Positions 22,306 through 32,946 are shown, numbered from the stretch's first letter. The stretch is 64,000 bases of DNA from an uncultured beta proteobacterium (GCA_963742145.1 CAVUKS010000002.1:582969-646968), one strand, 5' to 3'. Numbers and translations: made by a program. Notes: generated from the sequence alone by a model not told the origin.

Positions 22306-24152
22306 CTTCGTCGACTGCCACGGTTTCGCGCGTCAACGACTTCGTCGTCAAGTTCGCCAACGTCAACGGCTCCGGCTCCGCGTCCGCGAACGGCCTTTTC
22401 GCAAAGGCGATCCTGCGCATGGGCGTGCCGGTCGCGGCGCGCAACATCTTTCCCTCCAACATACAGGGCCTGCCGACGTGGTTCGAGGTGCGCGTGGTCG
22501 AGGCCGGCTGGCGCGGCCGTCGCGGTGGCGTGGACATGGCGGTCGCGATGAACCCGCAAACGTGGGACAAGGACCTCGCCGAAGTGGACGCCGGCGGCTA
22601 CGTCTTCTACGACTCGACCAGGCCGTTGCCGCCTTCGAAGTTGCGCGCCGACGTGACGCCTATCGGTGTTCCGCTCACTGCGATCTGCAATGCCGAGTAC
22701 AGCGACCCACGGCAGCGGCAGCTGTTCAAGAACATCGTCTACCTGGGCGCGTTGTCGGCGCTGCTCGATATCGAACCGGCGGAGATCGAGCGGCTCTTCG
22801 GGGAACAGTACAAGGGCAAGGAAGCACTGCTCGCGTCGAACGTGAAGGCGCTGCATTTGGGGCGTGATTACACGCTCGCCAATTTCGAATGCCCGCTGCC
22901 TGTCCACGTGAAGCGCAGCGACCGGGTCGGCGACCGGATCTTCATCGACGGCAATACCGCATCGGCGCTGGGCTGCGTCTACGGCGGCGCGACGGTGGCA
23001 GCGTGGTATCCGATCACACCTTCCTCGTCGCTGGCCGAGGCGTTCGGCAGCTATTGCCGCAAGCTGCGCACCGACGCCGGCTCCGGCAAGAAGCGCTACG
23101 CGATCGTGCAGGCCGAGGACGAACTGGCATCGATCGGCATGGTCATCGGCGCCGCGTGGAATGGCGCGCGCGCGTTCACCGCGACCTCCGGGCCCGGCGT
23201 CTCGCTAATGCAGGAATTCCTGGGGCTCGCGTATTTCGCCGAGATTCCGGCCGTGCTGTTCGACGTGCAGCGCGGCAGCCCGTCCACCGGCATGCCGACG
23301 CGCACGCAGCAGGCGGATCTCCTCTGCTGCGCCTACGCGTCGCACGGGGACACCAAGCACATCCTGTTGTTTCCCGAGGACCCGACGGAATCGTTCGAGT
23401 TCGCGGCCACGGCGTTCGACCTCGCGGACCGCCTGCAGACGCCGATCTTCGTCATGCTTGACCTGGACATCGGCATGCAGGACTGGCTCACGGAACCGTT
23501 GGCGTGGGACGACGCGCGTCGGATGGACCGCGGCAAGGTGATGACTGCGGAGATGCTCGATGCAGGACGGGATTTCGGCCGCTATCTCGACGCCGATGGC
23601 GACGGCGTGCCCTACCGCACTTATCCGGGCACGCATGCGTCGAAGGGCGGCTATTTCACCCGGGGCACTACCAAGGACCGCTATGCGCGGTACACGGAGG
23701 AGGGGCCGGCCTACGTGGACAACATGCAGCGGCTGCAGCGCAAGTTCGAGACGGCCAAGGACGTGGTGCCGGCGCCCGTGATCCAGCAAGGGGTGAAGCC
23801 CGCGAAATCGGGCGTCATCTGGTTCGGCTCCACCGGCGCGGCCATGAGCGAATCGCTGGTGGGTCTCGAGGCCGAGGGCATTCGCCTCGACCAGATGCGC
23901 ATCCGCGCGTTTCCGTTCGCGGACGCCGTCGCGGATTTCATCCACGCGCACGAGCACGTCTTCATCGTCGAGCAAAATCGCGACGCGCAGATGAAGTCGC
24001 TGCTGGTCAATGAATGCGGCATCGACCCGGCCAAGCTCATCTCGATCCTGCACTATGACGGAACGCCGGTGACGGCGCGGTTCATCACGCGCGAGATCGC
24101 CGAGAAGGCGCGCCTGTTCAACGTAGTGCCAATGCGAAAGGTGGCGCCGTGA
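22302..24152 (+). CDS. korA: 2-oxoacid:ferredoxin oxidoreductase alpha subunit
   Basis: NVNGSGSAS, WYPITPSS, QAEDELAS, TATSGPG and QRGSPSTGMPT. Confidence 0.92.
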   Translation: MTSSTATVSRVNDFVVKFANVNGSGSASANGLFAKAILRMGVPVAARNIFPSNIQGLPTWFEVRVVEAGWRGRRGGVDMAVAMNPQTWDKDLAEVDAGGYVFYDSTRPLPPSKLRADVTPIGVPLTAICNAEYSDPRQRQLFKNIVYLGALSALLDIEPAEIERLFGEQYKGKEALLASNVKALHLGRDYTLANFECPLPVHVKRSDRVGDRIFIDGNTASALGCVYGGATVAAWYPITPSSSLAEAFGSYCRKLRTDAGSGKKRYAIVQAEDELASIGMVIGAAWNGARAFTATSGPGVSLMQEFLGLAYFAEIPAVLFDVQRGSPSTGMPTRTQQADLLCCAYASHGDTKHILLFPEDPTESFEFAATAFDLADRLQTPIFVMLDLDIGMQDWLTEPLAWDDARRMDRGKVMTAEMLDAGRDFGRYLDADGDGVPYRTYPGTHASKGGYFTRGTTKDRYARYTEEGPAYVDNMQRLQRKFETAKDVVPAPVIQQGVKPAKSGVIWFGSTGAAMSESLVGLEAEGIRLDQMRIRAFPFADAVADFIHAHEHVFIVEQNRDAQMKSLLVNECGIDPAKLISILHYDGTPVTARFITREIAEKARLFNVVPMRKVAP

Positions 24153-25204
24153 CGTACCTCGCCAAGCCCAAGATCCATCATCCGTCGCTGCCGAGGAATG
24201 CGCTCGGGTTCACGCGCCGCGACTACGAAGGCGCCATCTCGACGCTGTGCGCAGGATGCGGTCACGATTCGATCTCGGCCGCGATCATCCAGGCATTCTT
24301 CGAACTCGACGTGCCGCCGCACCGAGTCGCCAAGCTGTCGGGGATCGGCTGCTCGTCGAAGACGCCGACCTATTTCCTGGGCAACTCGCACGGATTCAAC
24401 AGCGTTCACGGCCGGATGCCGTCGGTGCTGACGGGCGCCGCACTGGCCAACCGCGACTTGATCTACCTCGGCGTTTCCGGTGATGGCGACTCGGCGTCGA
24501 TCGGCTTGGGCCAGTTCGCGCATAGCCTGCGCCGCGGAGTGAACATGGTCTACATCGTCGAGAACAACGGCGTGTACGGCTTGACCAAGGGCCAGTTCTC
24601 CGCCACCGCCGACCGCGGCAGCAAGAGCAAGAAGGGCGCGATCAACCGCGACGAGTCGATCGACCTCGCGATGCTGGCGTTGACGTTGGGCGCGACCTTC
24701 GTGGCCCGCGGATTCTCCGGCGACAAGGTGCAGCTCGTTCCGCTGATCAAAGCAGCCGTCCAGCATCGGGGCGCCGCGCTGATCGACGTCGTCAGTCCGT
24801 GCGTCGCCTTCAACAATCACGTCGGCTCGACCAAGAGCTTCGACTACGTGCGCGAGCACAACGACGCTGTGAACCGGCTCGACTTCATCTCGTCGCGCGA
24901 CGAGATCACCACCGACTACGCGGAGGGCGAAACGCGGGATGTGCAGCTGCACGACGGCGGCACGATCCGGCTGCGCAAGCTCGATGCTGCCTACGATCCC
25001 ACCGACAAGGTCGGGGTCATGGCCTACCTGGAAGCGCATCGCGCGGCGGGTGAGGTCGTCACCGGCCTCTTGTACCTGCATCCCGACAGCGCGGACCTGC
25101 ACGACGCGCTGGAGACGGTCGCGGTCCCGCTCAATTCGCTCGGAGACGCCGACCTGGTGCCGGGGAATGCCGCGCTGGCGTCGATCAACGCCAGCCTGCG
25201 CTAG
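24149..25204 (+). CDS. korB: 2-oxoacid:ferredoxin oxidoreductase beta subunit
   Basis: LCAGCGHD, SGIGCSSK, HGRMP, GDGD..NNGVYGLTKGQFS (TPP motif) and SPCVAFN. Confidence 0.93.
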   Translation: MTYLAKPKIHHPSLPRNALGFTRRDYEGAISTLCAGCGHDSISAAIIQAFFELDVPPHRVAKLSGIGCSSKTPTYFLGNSHGFNSVHGRMPSVLTGAALANRDLIYLGVSGDGDSASIGLGQFAHSLRRGVNMVYIVENNGVYGLTKGQFSATADRGSKSKKGAINRDESIDLAMLALTLGATFVARGFSGDKVQLVPLIKAAVQHRGAALIDVVSPCVAFNNHVGSTKSFDYVREHNDAVNRLDFISSRDEITTDYAEGETRDVQLHDGGTIRLRKLDAAYDPTDKVGVMAYLEAHRAAGEVVTGLLYLHPDSADLHDALETVAVPLNSLGDADLVPGNAALASINASLR

Positions 25205-25844
25205 CCTGCCGCTCGCTCGCCCGTGCCAACGGATTCGGCGTGGGTTCGCCGATCTTGTGCAGCGTGTTGCGATCGGTGTGGTGAAACGGCTCCGCCTGTC
25301 CGGGGATCACCAGCACCGTGTCCTGTTCGTAGGACCAGGTGCCGTCGGCGTTGACCGTGACGGTGATCGTGCAGCTCTCGGTACGGAACGCGTGCTCGAG
25401 GAATGGCACCGAGATGATCCCGTTGGTCAGCGACCCGCGCGCGGCCTCCAGCCGAAACGACTTCGCGCCGGCCTCGGCGCGTCCGGTCAACATCGCCACC
25501 TGCGCCCGGGGAATCGCCAGCGTATGGATCAGCTCTCCGGTCGCCGGTTCCCACAGCCAGTAACCCACCTGGTCATGGAACGTGTTCGGATCATCCGGCT
25601 CGAAGATCTGCGTGTGATAACGCAATCCGTAGAAAAGCTGCGGCCCGTTCACCTGGGCGTCGATCGGATGCAACTCATAATGCTCGATGTATGTCTTCCG
25701 CTCGGGTCCGTCGGCCTTGGGATTGACGTCGAAGCCGCGCGCTCCGGTCCAGACGCCGGCCAGTGCGGTCAACGGTCCTAAATTGGCGAGCGTGTCGACT
25801 TCGGTTTCGGCTTCGGTGTAGATGTCCTCGGAATACTTGTGCAT
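25185..25844 (-). CDS. nitrobindin/FABP-like (DUF1794) beta-barrel protein
   Basis: LGPLTALAGVWTG, GLRYHT, FHDQVGYWLWEP and FHHTDRNTL. Confidence 0.8.
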   Translation of the reverse strand: MHKYSEDIYTEAETEVDTLANLGPLTALAGVWTGARGFDVNPKADGPERKTYIEHYELHPIDAQVNGPQLFYGLRYHTQIFEPDDPNTFHDQVGYWLWEPATGELIHTLAIPRAQVAMLTGRAEAGAKSFRLEAARGSLTNGIISVPFLEHAFRTESCTITVTVNADGTWSYEQDTVLVIPGQAEPFHHTDRNTLHKIGEPTPNPLARASERQASAGWR

Positions 25845-25900
25845 GGATTGCCCGGCGTGTCGGTCGAATGCCCTAATATACCTGCCGCCACCAGGATTGA

Positions 25901-26637
25901 TCAGAACAGCGAGTCCTGCTCCGGTACGGGCGGCGGAGGTTCGGACTCGGCCGCGGCCGCGTGCAGTTCGGCTTCCTCCGTGCGCACGATAAGCTTGGCG
26001 TCGTCGTTGCGCACGCTGTTCACGCGTACCGACACCGGGTGGTAGCTCATCGCATCGGCGGGGAAGGGCGCGAACAGGTCCGCGGTGTCCTCGTTGGCGA
26101 CGTCGAGCCAGCGGTCGAACGAAACCGGCGCGACGATCACCGGCATGCGGTCGTGCAGCGGCGCCAGCAACGCATTGGATCGCGTGGTGATGATGGTGCA
26201 CGTGTCGAGCACTTCGCCCGCCGGAGACAGCCAGCGTTCGAGCAACCCGGCGAGTGCGAACGGCGCGCCGTCCTTCATGCCGATGTGGAACGGCTGCTTG
26301 GCGCCCGGATGACGTCTGCTTCCATTCGTAGAAGCCATCCGCCGGCAGCAGGCAACGATGTTTCTTCAGCGCCGTGCTGAAACGACGGCTTGTCGGCCAG
26401 CGTTTCCGCGCGCGCATTGATCATCCTGTTTCCGATCGACGGATCCTTGGCCCAGCGCGGCACCAGGCCCCACCGGACTTCGACGAGTTCGCGCTCTCCC
26501 GCAGCGTTGCGCCGGATGACCGGCACATCCTGCATCGGCGCGATGTTGTAGCGCGGAGGCATCTGCGCCGGGAACGGCACGCCGAACGCGAGCGCCAGGG
26601 CCGCGGGCTGAGTATGCAGTTCATAGCGTCCGCACAT
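25901..26637 (-). CDS. SOS response-associated peptidase (SRAP/HMCES, YedK-like; frameshifted)
   Basis: N-terminal MCGRY, RYNIAP, WGLVPRW, INARAET, CLLPADGFYEW and HDRMPVI. Confidence 0.93.
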
Positions 26638-26650
26638 GCCGGCCCGCCTG

Positions 26651-27262
26651 CTACTCCGCGTCGAGGGTGTCGGGCGTGACCAAAAGCCTGTGCGCCGTCC
26701 GCGCGACCTGCAACGTGTCCCAATAGGCGTAGGCGCCCACGGCCGCGGCGCCGGCAACGGGTACCCAGCGGCTCGCCGCCGTGCCGACGATGCGCCGGGC
26801 GACGGTTACGCCCAAGGTTTGCAGCGCGCTCTGCAATGCGCCCGAGGTCAGCTGCTGGACGATCGCTCGCTGGCCGGCGCGGACGACGACATCGCGCATG
26901 ACATGGCTGGCCGCATGGCGAAACAGGCAGTACAGCATGTGGGTGCGGGTCAATTCCGCGCTGCGCCCGTACAGCCCGAAGATGTCGGAGACCATCTGCC
27001 GCTGCGTTTTCCAGATGAGGTACAGGTCGGGCAGCACGGTCAGCATCCCCAGCGGACCCGGGGGCAGCGCCAGCGAGCCCGACAGCACGGCCGCCTGCTT
27101 CGCCGCGCGCCTGGCAATGGCGGCGGCTTCCCGCGCCGGGTCCGGCACCTTCCGCGTGCGCGGCTGTGGCACGTCGGCAATCACCCGTTCAATGGTGCCG
27201 GCAACATCGTGCCCCGACGGCTCGATGGTTGCAGGAGGAGAGGCAGCGTTGCTTCGGATCAT
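26651..27262 (-). CDS. EcsC-like hypothetical protein
   Basis: LALPPGPLGMLTVLPDL..IWKTQ..MVSDI and RWVPVAGAAAVGAYAYWDT. Confidence 0.65.
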   Translation of the reverse strand: MIRSNAASPPATIEPSGHDVAGTIERVIADVPQPRTRKVPDPAREAAAIARRAAKQAAVLSGSLALPPGPLGMLTVLPDLYLIWKTQRQMVSDIFGLYGRSAELTRTHMLYCLFRHAASHVMRDVVVRAGQRAIVQQLTSGALQSALQTLGVTVARRIVGTAASRWVPVAGAAAVGAYAYWDTLQVARTAHRLLVTPDTLDAE

Positions 27263-27481
27263 GGGCGGCGTTTGCGCTGGAAAGGCGATTCTGCACTGAG
27301 GCCATCGCGGCATCCTCACTATAGGCGGCGTGGGGTGACCTCGCAATCAGCCAGATGAGGGCGACGCGGAACGTTACAATCGGGACTCTGTTCAAAACCA
27401 CCACGCCACGACGATGAAATTTACGGTTGCGCTGCGCAAACCCCTTGCGCGATTCAAGCCGATCGTCGGACGCTAACGACG

Positions 27482-27997
27482 ATGCGCGTTTTCGGGTTTG
27501 CCGGATGGTCGGGGAGCGGCAAGACGACGCTGATCGAGCAGGTGATCCCGCGCCTCGTGGCCAAGGGTCTGACCATTTCACTGGTCAAGCATGCGCATCA
27601 TTCGTTTGACCTGGACCAGCCGGGAAAAGACTCGCATCGGCATCGCAGCGCGGGTTGCAGCGAGGTGTTGGTGTCGTCGGGGTTGCGGTGGGGCCTGCTC
27701 CACGAACTCCGCGGCGCCCGGGAGTTGACACTGCCCGAGGCGCTTGGCCGCCTGTCGCCCTGCGACCTGGCCCTGGTCGAAGGCTACAAGGCGTACCCCA
27801 TTCCCAAGCTTGAAATCTGGCGCGAATCCGTCGCCAAGCCGTTGCTCCATCCACAGGATTCCCACATCCTGGCCATTGCGACGGACCGCCCAGGATCCTT
27901 CGCCCGCGGCCACATTCCCGTGTTTGCGCTCGACGCCCTGGATGAGATCGCAACATTTATCCACACCTACGCGGGCGCTTGGCCAAAGCCCGATTGA
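27482..27997 (+). CDS. mobB: molybdopterin-guanine dinucleotide biosynthesis protein B
   Basis: GWSGSGKTTL, KHAHHSFDLDQPGKDS and LVEGYK. Confidence 0.95.
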   Translation: MRVFGFAGWSGSGKTTLIEQVIPRLVAKGLTISLVKHAHHSFDLDQPGKDSHRHRSAGCSEVLVSSGLRWGLLHELRGARELTLPEALGRLSPCDLALVEGYKAYPIPKLEIWRESVAKPLLHPQDSHILAIATDRPGSFARGHIPVFALDALDEIATFIHTYAGAWPKPD

Positions 27998-28100
27998 CTT
28001 AGGGCAGGACGTAGGAGTAGCTTGAACTTGCGGCATTTCCGTGTGACCAAAGCCCGTCGTCTTCAGCAGGAAACGGCCACCTCTATCGCCCAGTTCCGTT

Positions 28101-28778
28101 ATGAATAAAAATCAGCTACTTGCAGCTTTTTTTGCAACCATTACTGGAGCCGCGGCGGCGTTTCCGGCGGTGGCGGATGAAATCGTGCCGGTGGCGGACA
28201 TGTCAGGGTTCTACGGCGGACTGTCGATGCGCGAGCGCGGCGCCGAATCCGAAGGCTTGCAGTTCGGGCATCTCGCCTCCGCGTGGAACAAATTCACGCT
28301 GCCGGCCAGCGACGACAACGGCGCGCGCACGTTGGCCTACGGAGGCTACCGCTGGGCCAACGATATCGCTGTCGAAGCCGCGGTCGCATCCGCGGATCGT
28401 TTTGCGCTCCACCAGGAAGGCAGCGCCGGCGGACGTGGCATGGGGTTCGCGTTCGCGAACGCGAGCGACGCCGTCGCCAAGACCTGGAATGCGGACGTGT
28501 ATACGACGTGGGGCTTCGCGAAGAGATTCTCGCTGTACGGCAGGCTGGGTTATGCGCAGAGCGAACCTGCCGTCCTCTACCCGAGCGGCCTGGCGGCCAG
28601 CGACGTCCGACGCAATCGCGATGGCGTCAATTACGGCGTGGGCTTGCGGTACGACCTCAATACGTTGCTCGGCCTGCGTCTCGAATACGCGCGCTTCGGA
28701 CGCCCAGCGACCGAGGCGATGCCCGGCGTGCTGCCGGACTCCGACCGAGTCCAGTTCGGCCTGCAGTTCCGGTTCTGA
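28101..28778 (+). CDS. outer-membrane beta-barrel protein (OmpA-TM-like)
   Basis: Signal peptide; YGGYR, LYGRLGY, YGVGLRYD and LRLEY strands; C-terminal QFRF. Confidence 0.8.
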   Translation: MNKNQLLAAFFATITGAAAAFPAVADEIVPVADMSGFYGGLSMRERGAESEGLQFGHLASAWNKFTLPASDDNGARTLAYGGYRWANDIAVEAAVASADRFALHQEGSAGGRGMGFAFANASDAVAKTWNADVYTTWGFAKRFSLYGRLGYAQSEPAVLYPSGLAASDVRRNRDGVNYGVGLRYDLNTLLGLRLEYARFGRPATEAMPGVLPDSDRVQFGLQFRF

Positions 28779-28933
28779 TTATCCCGCCCCGTTTTTCTGG
28801 CGGCGAAACCGCGTACGGTCGACGATGCGCAACCAGAGCGCAACCGTGGCTGCACAACGAAGACCCGGCTGCGCGTAGAATCGGGGCGCTCCGGTCCCGC
28901 CGCTCCAGCGGACCCCGCTGCCGCGACCACCCC

Positions 28934-29219
28934 ATGCCCGATTCGCAGACCGCTACTGCCGTTACCGTCCACCTCGTCTATCTCGCGCGATTGCGTGAAG
29001 CATTCGGGCGCGCCGACGAGGCGCTGACCCTGCCCGGCAACGAAGTGTCCGTGACCGCCGTCCTTGCGGCGCTGCGCGCGCGCGGGGGCGCGTTTGCCGC
29101 GGAGTTGGCCTCGGGCCGCGCCGTGCGCGTGGCTGTCAATCACGCGCTTGTCGCGGTGGACTCGCACTGTGCGTGACGGCGATGAAGTCGCGCTGCTCCC
29201 ACCGGTGACCGGTGGTTGA
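28934..29219 (+). CDS. moaD: molybdopterin synthase sulfur carrier (frameshifted)
   Basis: VYLARLRE, RVAVN and C-terminal DGDEVALLPPVTGG. Confidence 0.9.
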
Positions 29220-29237
29220 AGGAACCTGCAGGGCTCC

Positions 29238-29709
29238 ATGACCGTTCGCGTCCAGACCGCCGATTTCGACGCGGGCCAGGAGATTGCCAGCGCTGCGCGG
29301 TGGAGACATGCGGGTCGGGGCCGTGGCGACATTCATCGGCACGGTGCGCGACGTCAACGATGCGGCGCACGTCACGTCGCTCACGCTCGAGCATTATCCC
29401 GGGATGACAGAGAAGGCGCTGGAAGCCATCGTCGCCGAGGCGAGGAGTCGCTTTGACATTCTCGACGCGCTGATCATTCATCGCGTCGGCACGCTGGCTC
29501 CTGCCGACCAGATCGTGCTGGTCGTGGTGACCAGCGCGCATCGCGGCGAAGCGTTCGACGCCTGCCGCTTCCTGATGGACTACTTGAAGACCCGCGCGCC
29601 GTTCTGGAAGAAGGAGACTACGCCGCAGGGCACACGCTGGGTCGACGCACGCGCCAGCGACGACGACGCCGCGGCACGCTGGGATCCACCGACCGCGGTG
29701 CCACGCTGA
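29238..29709 (+). CDS. moaE: molybdopterin synthase catalytic subunit (frameshifted)
   Basis: FIGTVRD, LEHYPGMTE, HRVG, SAHR and MDYLKTRAPFWKKE. Confidence 0.95.
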
Positions 29710-29743
29710 AGCGTCGATCGTCCCGTTCTTCCCATTAGCCACC

Positions 29744-30667
29744 ATGCCCGCCACGGCGCTCATTGCGATTGACTGGGGGACGACGTCGGCGCGCGCCTAT
29801 TGCCTGGGTGCCCGTGGCGACGTCATCGCGACCCGCGCGGTTCCACTGGGCGTCATGCACGTGCAGCAAGGATGCTTTCCCGAGGCGCTGACAACGTTGC
29901 TTGGCGATTGGCACGACGTGGCCGCGCCGCGGTTGGCGTGCGGCATGGTCGGCAGCCGGCAGGGTTGGATCGAGGCACCCTACGTCGAGTGTCCCGCGCC
30001 GCTCGCAACACTCGCCGCGGGAATCGTGCACGTTCCCGGCGATGCGCTGGCCATCATTCCAGGCGTGCGCACGCGCGATGCGAATGGCATTCCAGACGTG
30101 CTGCGCGGCGAAGAGACACAACTCGCCGGCGCCGTCGACGAAGACGAGGAGCGCGTCCTCGCCGTCCTTCCCGGAACCCATTGCAAGTGGGCGCTGGTCG
30201 AACGCGGACAGCTCGTCGATTTCTCGACCTACATGACCGGAGAGCTCTACGACGTCCTCCTCGGTCACAGCATCCTTGGCCGTCTGGCGCAAGCCTCGGG
30301 GCAGGAGCCGGGCCCGGCTTTCGCGCGCGGCGTGACCCGCGGCTTGGGCACGGGCGGATTCAGCCACGACCTGTTCGGCGCGCGCACGCTTGCGCTGACG
30401 GGCGAACTGGCGCCAACCGAGGTTCCGGACTGGCTGTCCGGCCTGCTGATTGGCCGCGAGGTGCGCAACGGGCGTATATGGGCGCAGCGCAACGGCTGCG
30501 ACGGCGCCAGCGTGCGCCTGGTCGGCACCGATGCGTTGATGGCGCGCTATGCTGCCGCGATGACGCTGGCGGGCATCGCCGTGGCCCGCGCGCCAGCCGA
30601 CTCCGCGGCGCGCGGCCTGTGGCGTATCGCGCAGCATGCATCGCTTCCCTTGTCCCTTCCTCATTGA
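29744..30667 (+). CDS. dgoK: 2-dehydro-3-deoxygalactonokinase
   Basis: IDWGTTS, GMVGSRQGW, DVLRGEETQ, PGTHCKW and MTGELY. Confidence 0.93.
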   Translation: MPATALIAIDWGTTSARAYCLGARGDVIATRAVPLGVMHVQQGCFPEALTTLLGDWHDVAAPRLACGMVGSRQGWIEAPYVECPAPLATLAAGIVHVPGDALAIIPGVRTRDANGIPDVLRGEETQLAGAVDEDEERVLAVLPGTHCKWALVERGQLVDFSTYMTGELYDVLLGHSILGRLAQASGQEPGPAFARGVTRGLGTGGFSHDLFGARTLALTGELAPTEVPDWLSGLLIGREVRNGRIWAQRNGCDGASVRLVGTDALMARYAAAMTLAGIAVARAPADSAARGLWRIAQHASLPLSLPH

Positions 30668-30679
30668 ATCGACCACCGC

Positions 30680-31312
30680 ATGAATCCATTGCTGCCCTAC
30701 CTCGATCCGCTGCCGTTGATCGCCGTTCTGCGCGGGATCACGCCCGAGGAGATCCCCGCGATTTCGGGAGCGCTGATCGCAGAGGGCTTCCGCGTCCTGG
30801 AGGTGCCGCTCAATTCGCCGCGGCCTTTCGAGTCGATCCGGCTGCTCGCGAACGCATGCGGCGACCAGTGCCTGGTGGGGGCCGGCACCGTGCTCGCCGT
30901 GGCCGACGTCGCGCGCGTGCGCGACGCGGGCGGCAAGGTGGTCGTGATGCCGCACGCGGATACCGCGGTGATCCGCGAAGCCAAGGCGCTCGGCCTGGTG
31001 TGCGTGCCAGGCGTGTCGACGCCGACCGAAGCTTTCGCCGCGCTCGCCGCGGGCGCCGACGGCCTCAAGATGTTTCCGGCCGAGGCGCTGCCGCCCGGGG
31101 CGCTCAAGGCATGGCGTGCGGTCCTGCCGCGCGATGCGTTGGTGTTCGCCGTCGGCGGCATCCGGCCCGACAACATGGCACCGTACTGGACAGCCGGCGC
31201 GACCGGTTTCGGCACGGGTTCGAACTTGTATGCACCGGGCGCGCCGGCCGAGGGCGTCAGGGCTGCGGCAGCGGCCTATGCTGCTGGGTTCCGCGCGTTG
31301 CCGGTAAGATAA
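30680..31312 (+). CDS. dgoA: 2-dehydro-3-deoxy-6-phosphogalactonate aldolase
   Basis: IAVLRGI, EVPLNSP, GAGTVL, TPTEAF, LKMFPAE and AVGGI. Confidence 0.93.
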   Translation: MNPLLPYLDPLPLIAVLRGITPEEIPAISGALIAEGFRVLEVPLNSPRPFESIRLLANACGDQCLVGAGTVLAVADVARVRDAGGKVVVMPHADTAVIREAKALGLVCVPGVSTPTEAFAALAAGADGLKMFPAEALPPGALKAWRAVLPRDALVFAVGGIRPDNMAPYWTAGATGFGTGSNLYAPGAPAEGVRAAAAAYAAGFRALPVR

Positions 31313-31336
31313 GCGGCGTCCTTCGCCCTAGGAGAA

Positions 31337-31996
31337 ATGATGAGATTTCCTACGCGTGCGGCCGTGGCGATGACGCTGCTTGCGCTGGTAGTTCCAGCGG
31401 CGCCGCCGGCGTGGGCGGCGCGCGGCACGATTCGCTGCGAAAGCCGAAACAACAATCGAAATTTCTGTCGCGTCGACACCGAGAACAATGTTTCGCTGCG
31501 CCGCCAGTTGTCGAACGCGCCATGCACGCGCAACCGCACATGGGGATTCGACCGCAACGGCATCTGGGTCGATCGCGGGTGCCGCGCGGATTTCGAGTTC
31601 GGGCGCAGTTCGAACAACTCGCGCAACAGCAACAACAATGCGGCGATCGCGGCCGGAATACTGGGCGCGTTCGCTATTGGCGCGGCAATCGGCGGTTCGC
31701 AAACGCCGAACACGCCGCCGCCTCCCGTCGTTGCGCCGGCTCGGCCGCCGTCCTGGGCCGTTGGCACCTTCACGGCCTGGGATCCGGATGCCCGCAGCAC
31801 CGTGATACTGGACGTCGTCGGCGACGGCAGGGTTTTCCTCCGCAATGACCGCGGCCAATCCATCAGCCAAGGCAGTTTCCGCGATGGCTCGGTGTTCTGG
31901 CGCAACGGCAGCCGCTCGTGGCTCGCCCGTGAGGGTCCAGGAGTGATGCTTGGCGACGTCGCTTCGGGCAGGCACTTCAATTTCCGGCGCAGCTGA
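31337..31996 (+). CDS. secreted DUF3011-domain protein
   Basis: Signal peptide; IRCES..C..LRRQLSNAPC..TWGF..GIWVDRGCRADF; AGGAG RBS. Confidence 0.8.
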   Translation: MMRFPTRAAVAMTLLALVVPAAPPAWAARGTIRCESRNNNRNFCRVDTENNVSLRRQLSNAPCTRNRTWGFDRNGIWVDRGCRADFEFGRSSNNSRNSNNNAAIAAGILGAFAIGAAIGGSQTPNTPPPPVVAPARPPSWAVGTFTAWDPDARSTVILDVVGDGRVFLRNDRGQSISQGSFRDGSVFWRNGSRSWLAREGPGVMLGDVASGRHFNFRRS

Positions 31997-32009
31997 GCAC
32001 AAGGTGGCC

Positions 32010-32946
32010 ATGGCTCAGGACAGGCTTGACATCGTTGCGCTCGGTGAACCGCTGATCGAGTTCAACCAGACGCGGGCCGCGGATCCGCGTGCCTATGTGC
32101 AGGGCTTCGGCGGCGACACGTCGAACATGGCCATCGCCGCGGCGCGTCTCGGCGCGCGCGTAGGTTACGTCACGCGTCTGGGCGGCGATTCCTTCGGTCG
32201 CCTGTTCCGCGAATTGTGGTCCGAGGAACGCGTCGACATGCGTGGCGTGGCAATCGATGCCGACGCGGCGACCGGCGTCTATTTCGTCACGCACGGCGCG
32301 CAGGGTCACGAATTCTCCTATCTGCGCGCAGGTTCTGCGGCCAGCCGCATGCGGCCCGAAACGCTGCCGCTCGACGTCGTGCGCTCGGCGCGGCTGCTGC
32401 ACGTGTCCGGCATCAGCCAGGCGATCTCGGCCAGCGCGTGCGATACGGTGTTCGCCGCAATCGACGAGGCAAGCGTGGCTGGCGCGCTCGTGACCTACGA
32501 TCCCAACTTGCGGCTCAAGCTCTGGCCACTGCCACGGGCACGCGCGACGATATTGGCAACGATGGCTCGCTGCGATTGGTGCGTCCCCAGTCTCGACGAT
32601 GCATTGGTGCTTGTTCGGCGGGGACGCCGCCGGAGCGGTGGCCGCCTGCCATCGTGCGGGCGCGAGCGGCGTCGTGCTGAAACTGGGTGCCGAAGGCTGT
32701 ATCGTCTCCGATGGCGCGCGCCAGCAGCACGTTCCCGCGCACCGCGTCACGCCGGTGGACGCGACCGGTGCGGGCGACTGCTTCGACGGCGCATTCGCAA
32801 CCCGCCTGCTCGCCGGCGACGATCCCTTCGCCGCCGCTGCGTATGCCAACGTCGCGGCGGCGCTTGCCACGACCGGTTTCGGCGCCGTGGCTCCGCTGCC
32901 GCGGGATGCCGACGTGCGCGCCGCGCTGGGCAGGGTCGCCGCGTGA
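32010..32946 (+). CDS. kdgK: PfkB-family sugar kinase, KdgK-like (frameshifted)
   Basis: GGDTSNMAIAAARLG, YDPNLR and DATGAGDCFDG. Confidence 0.8.
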
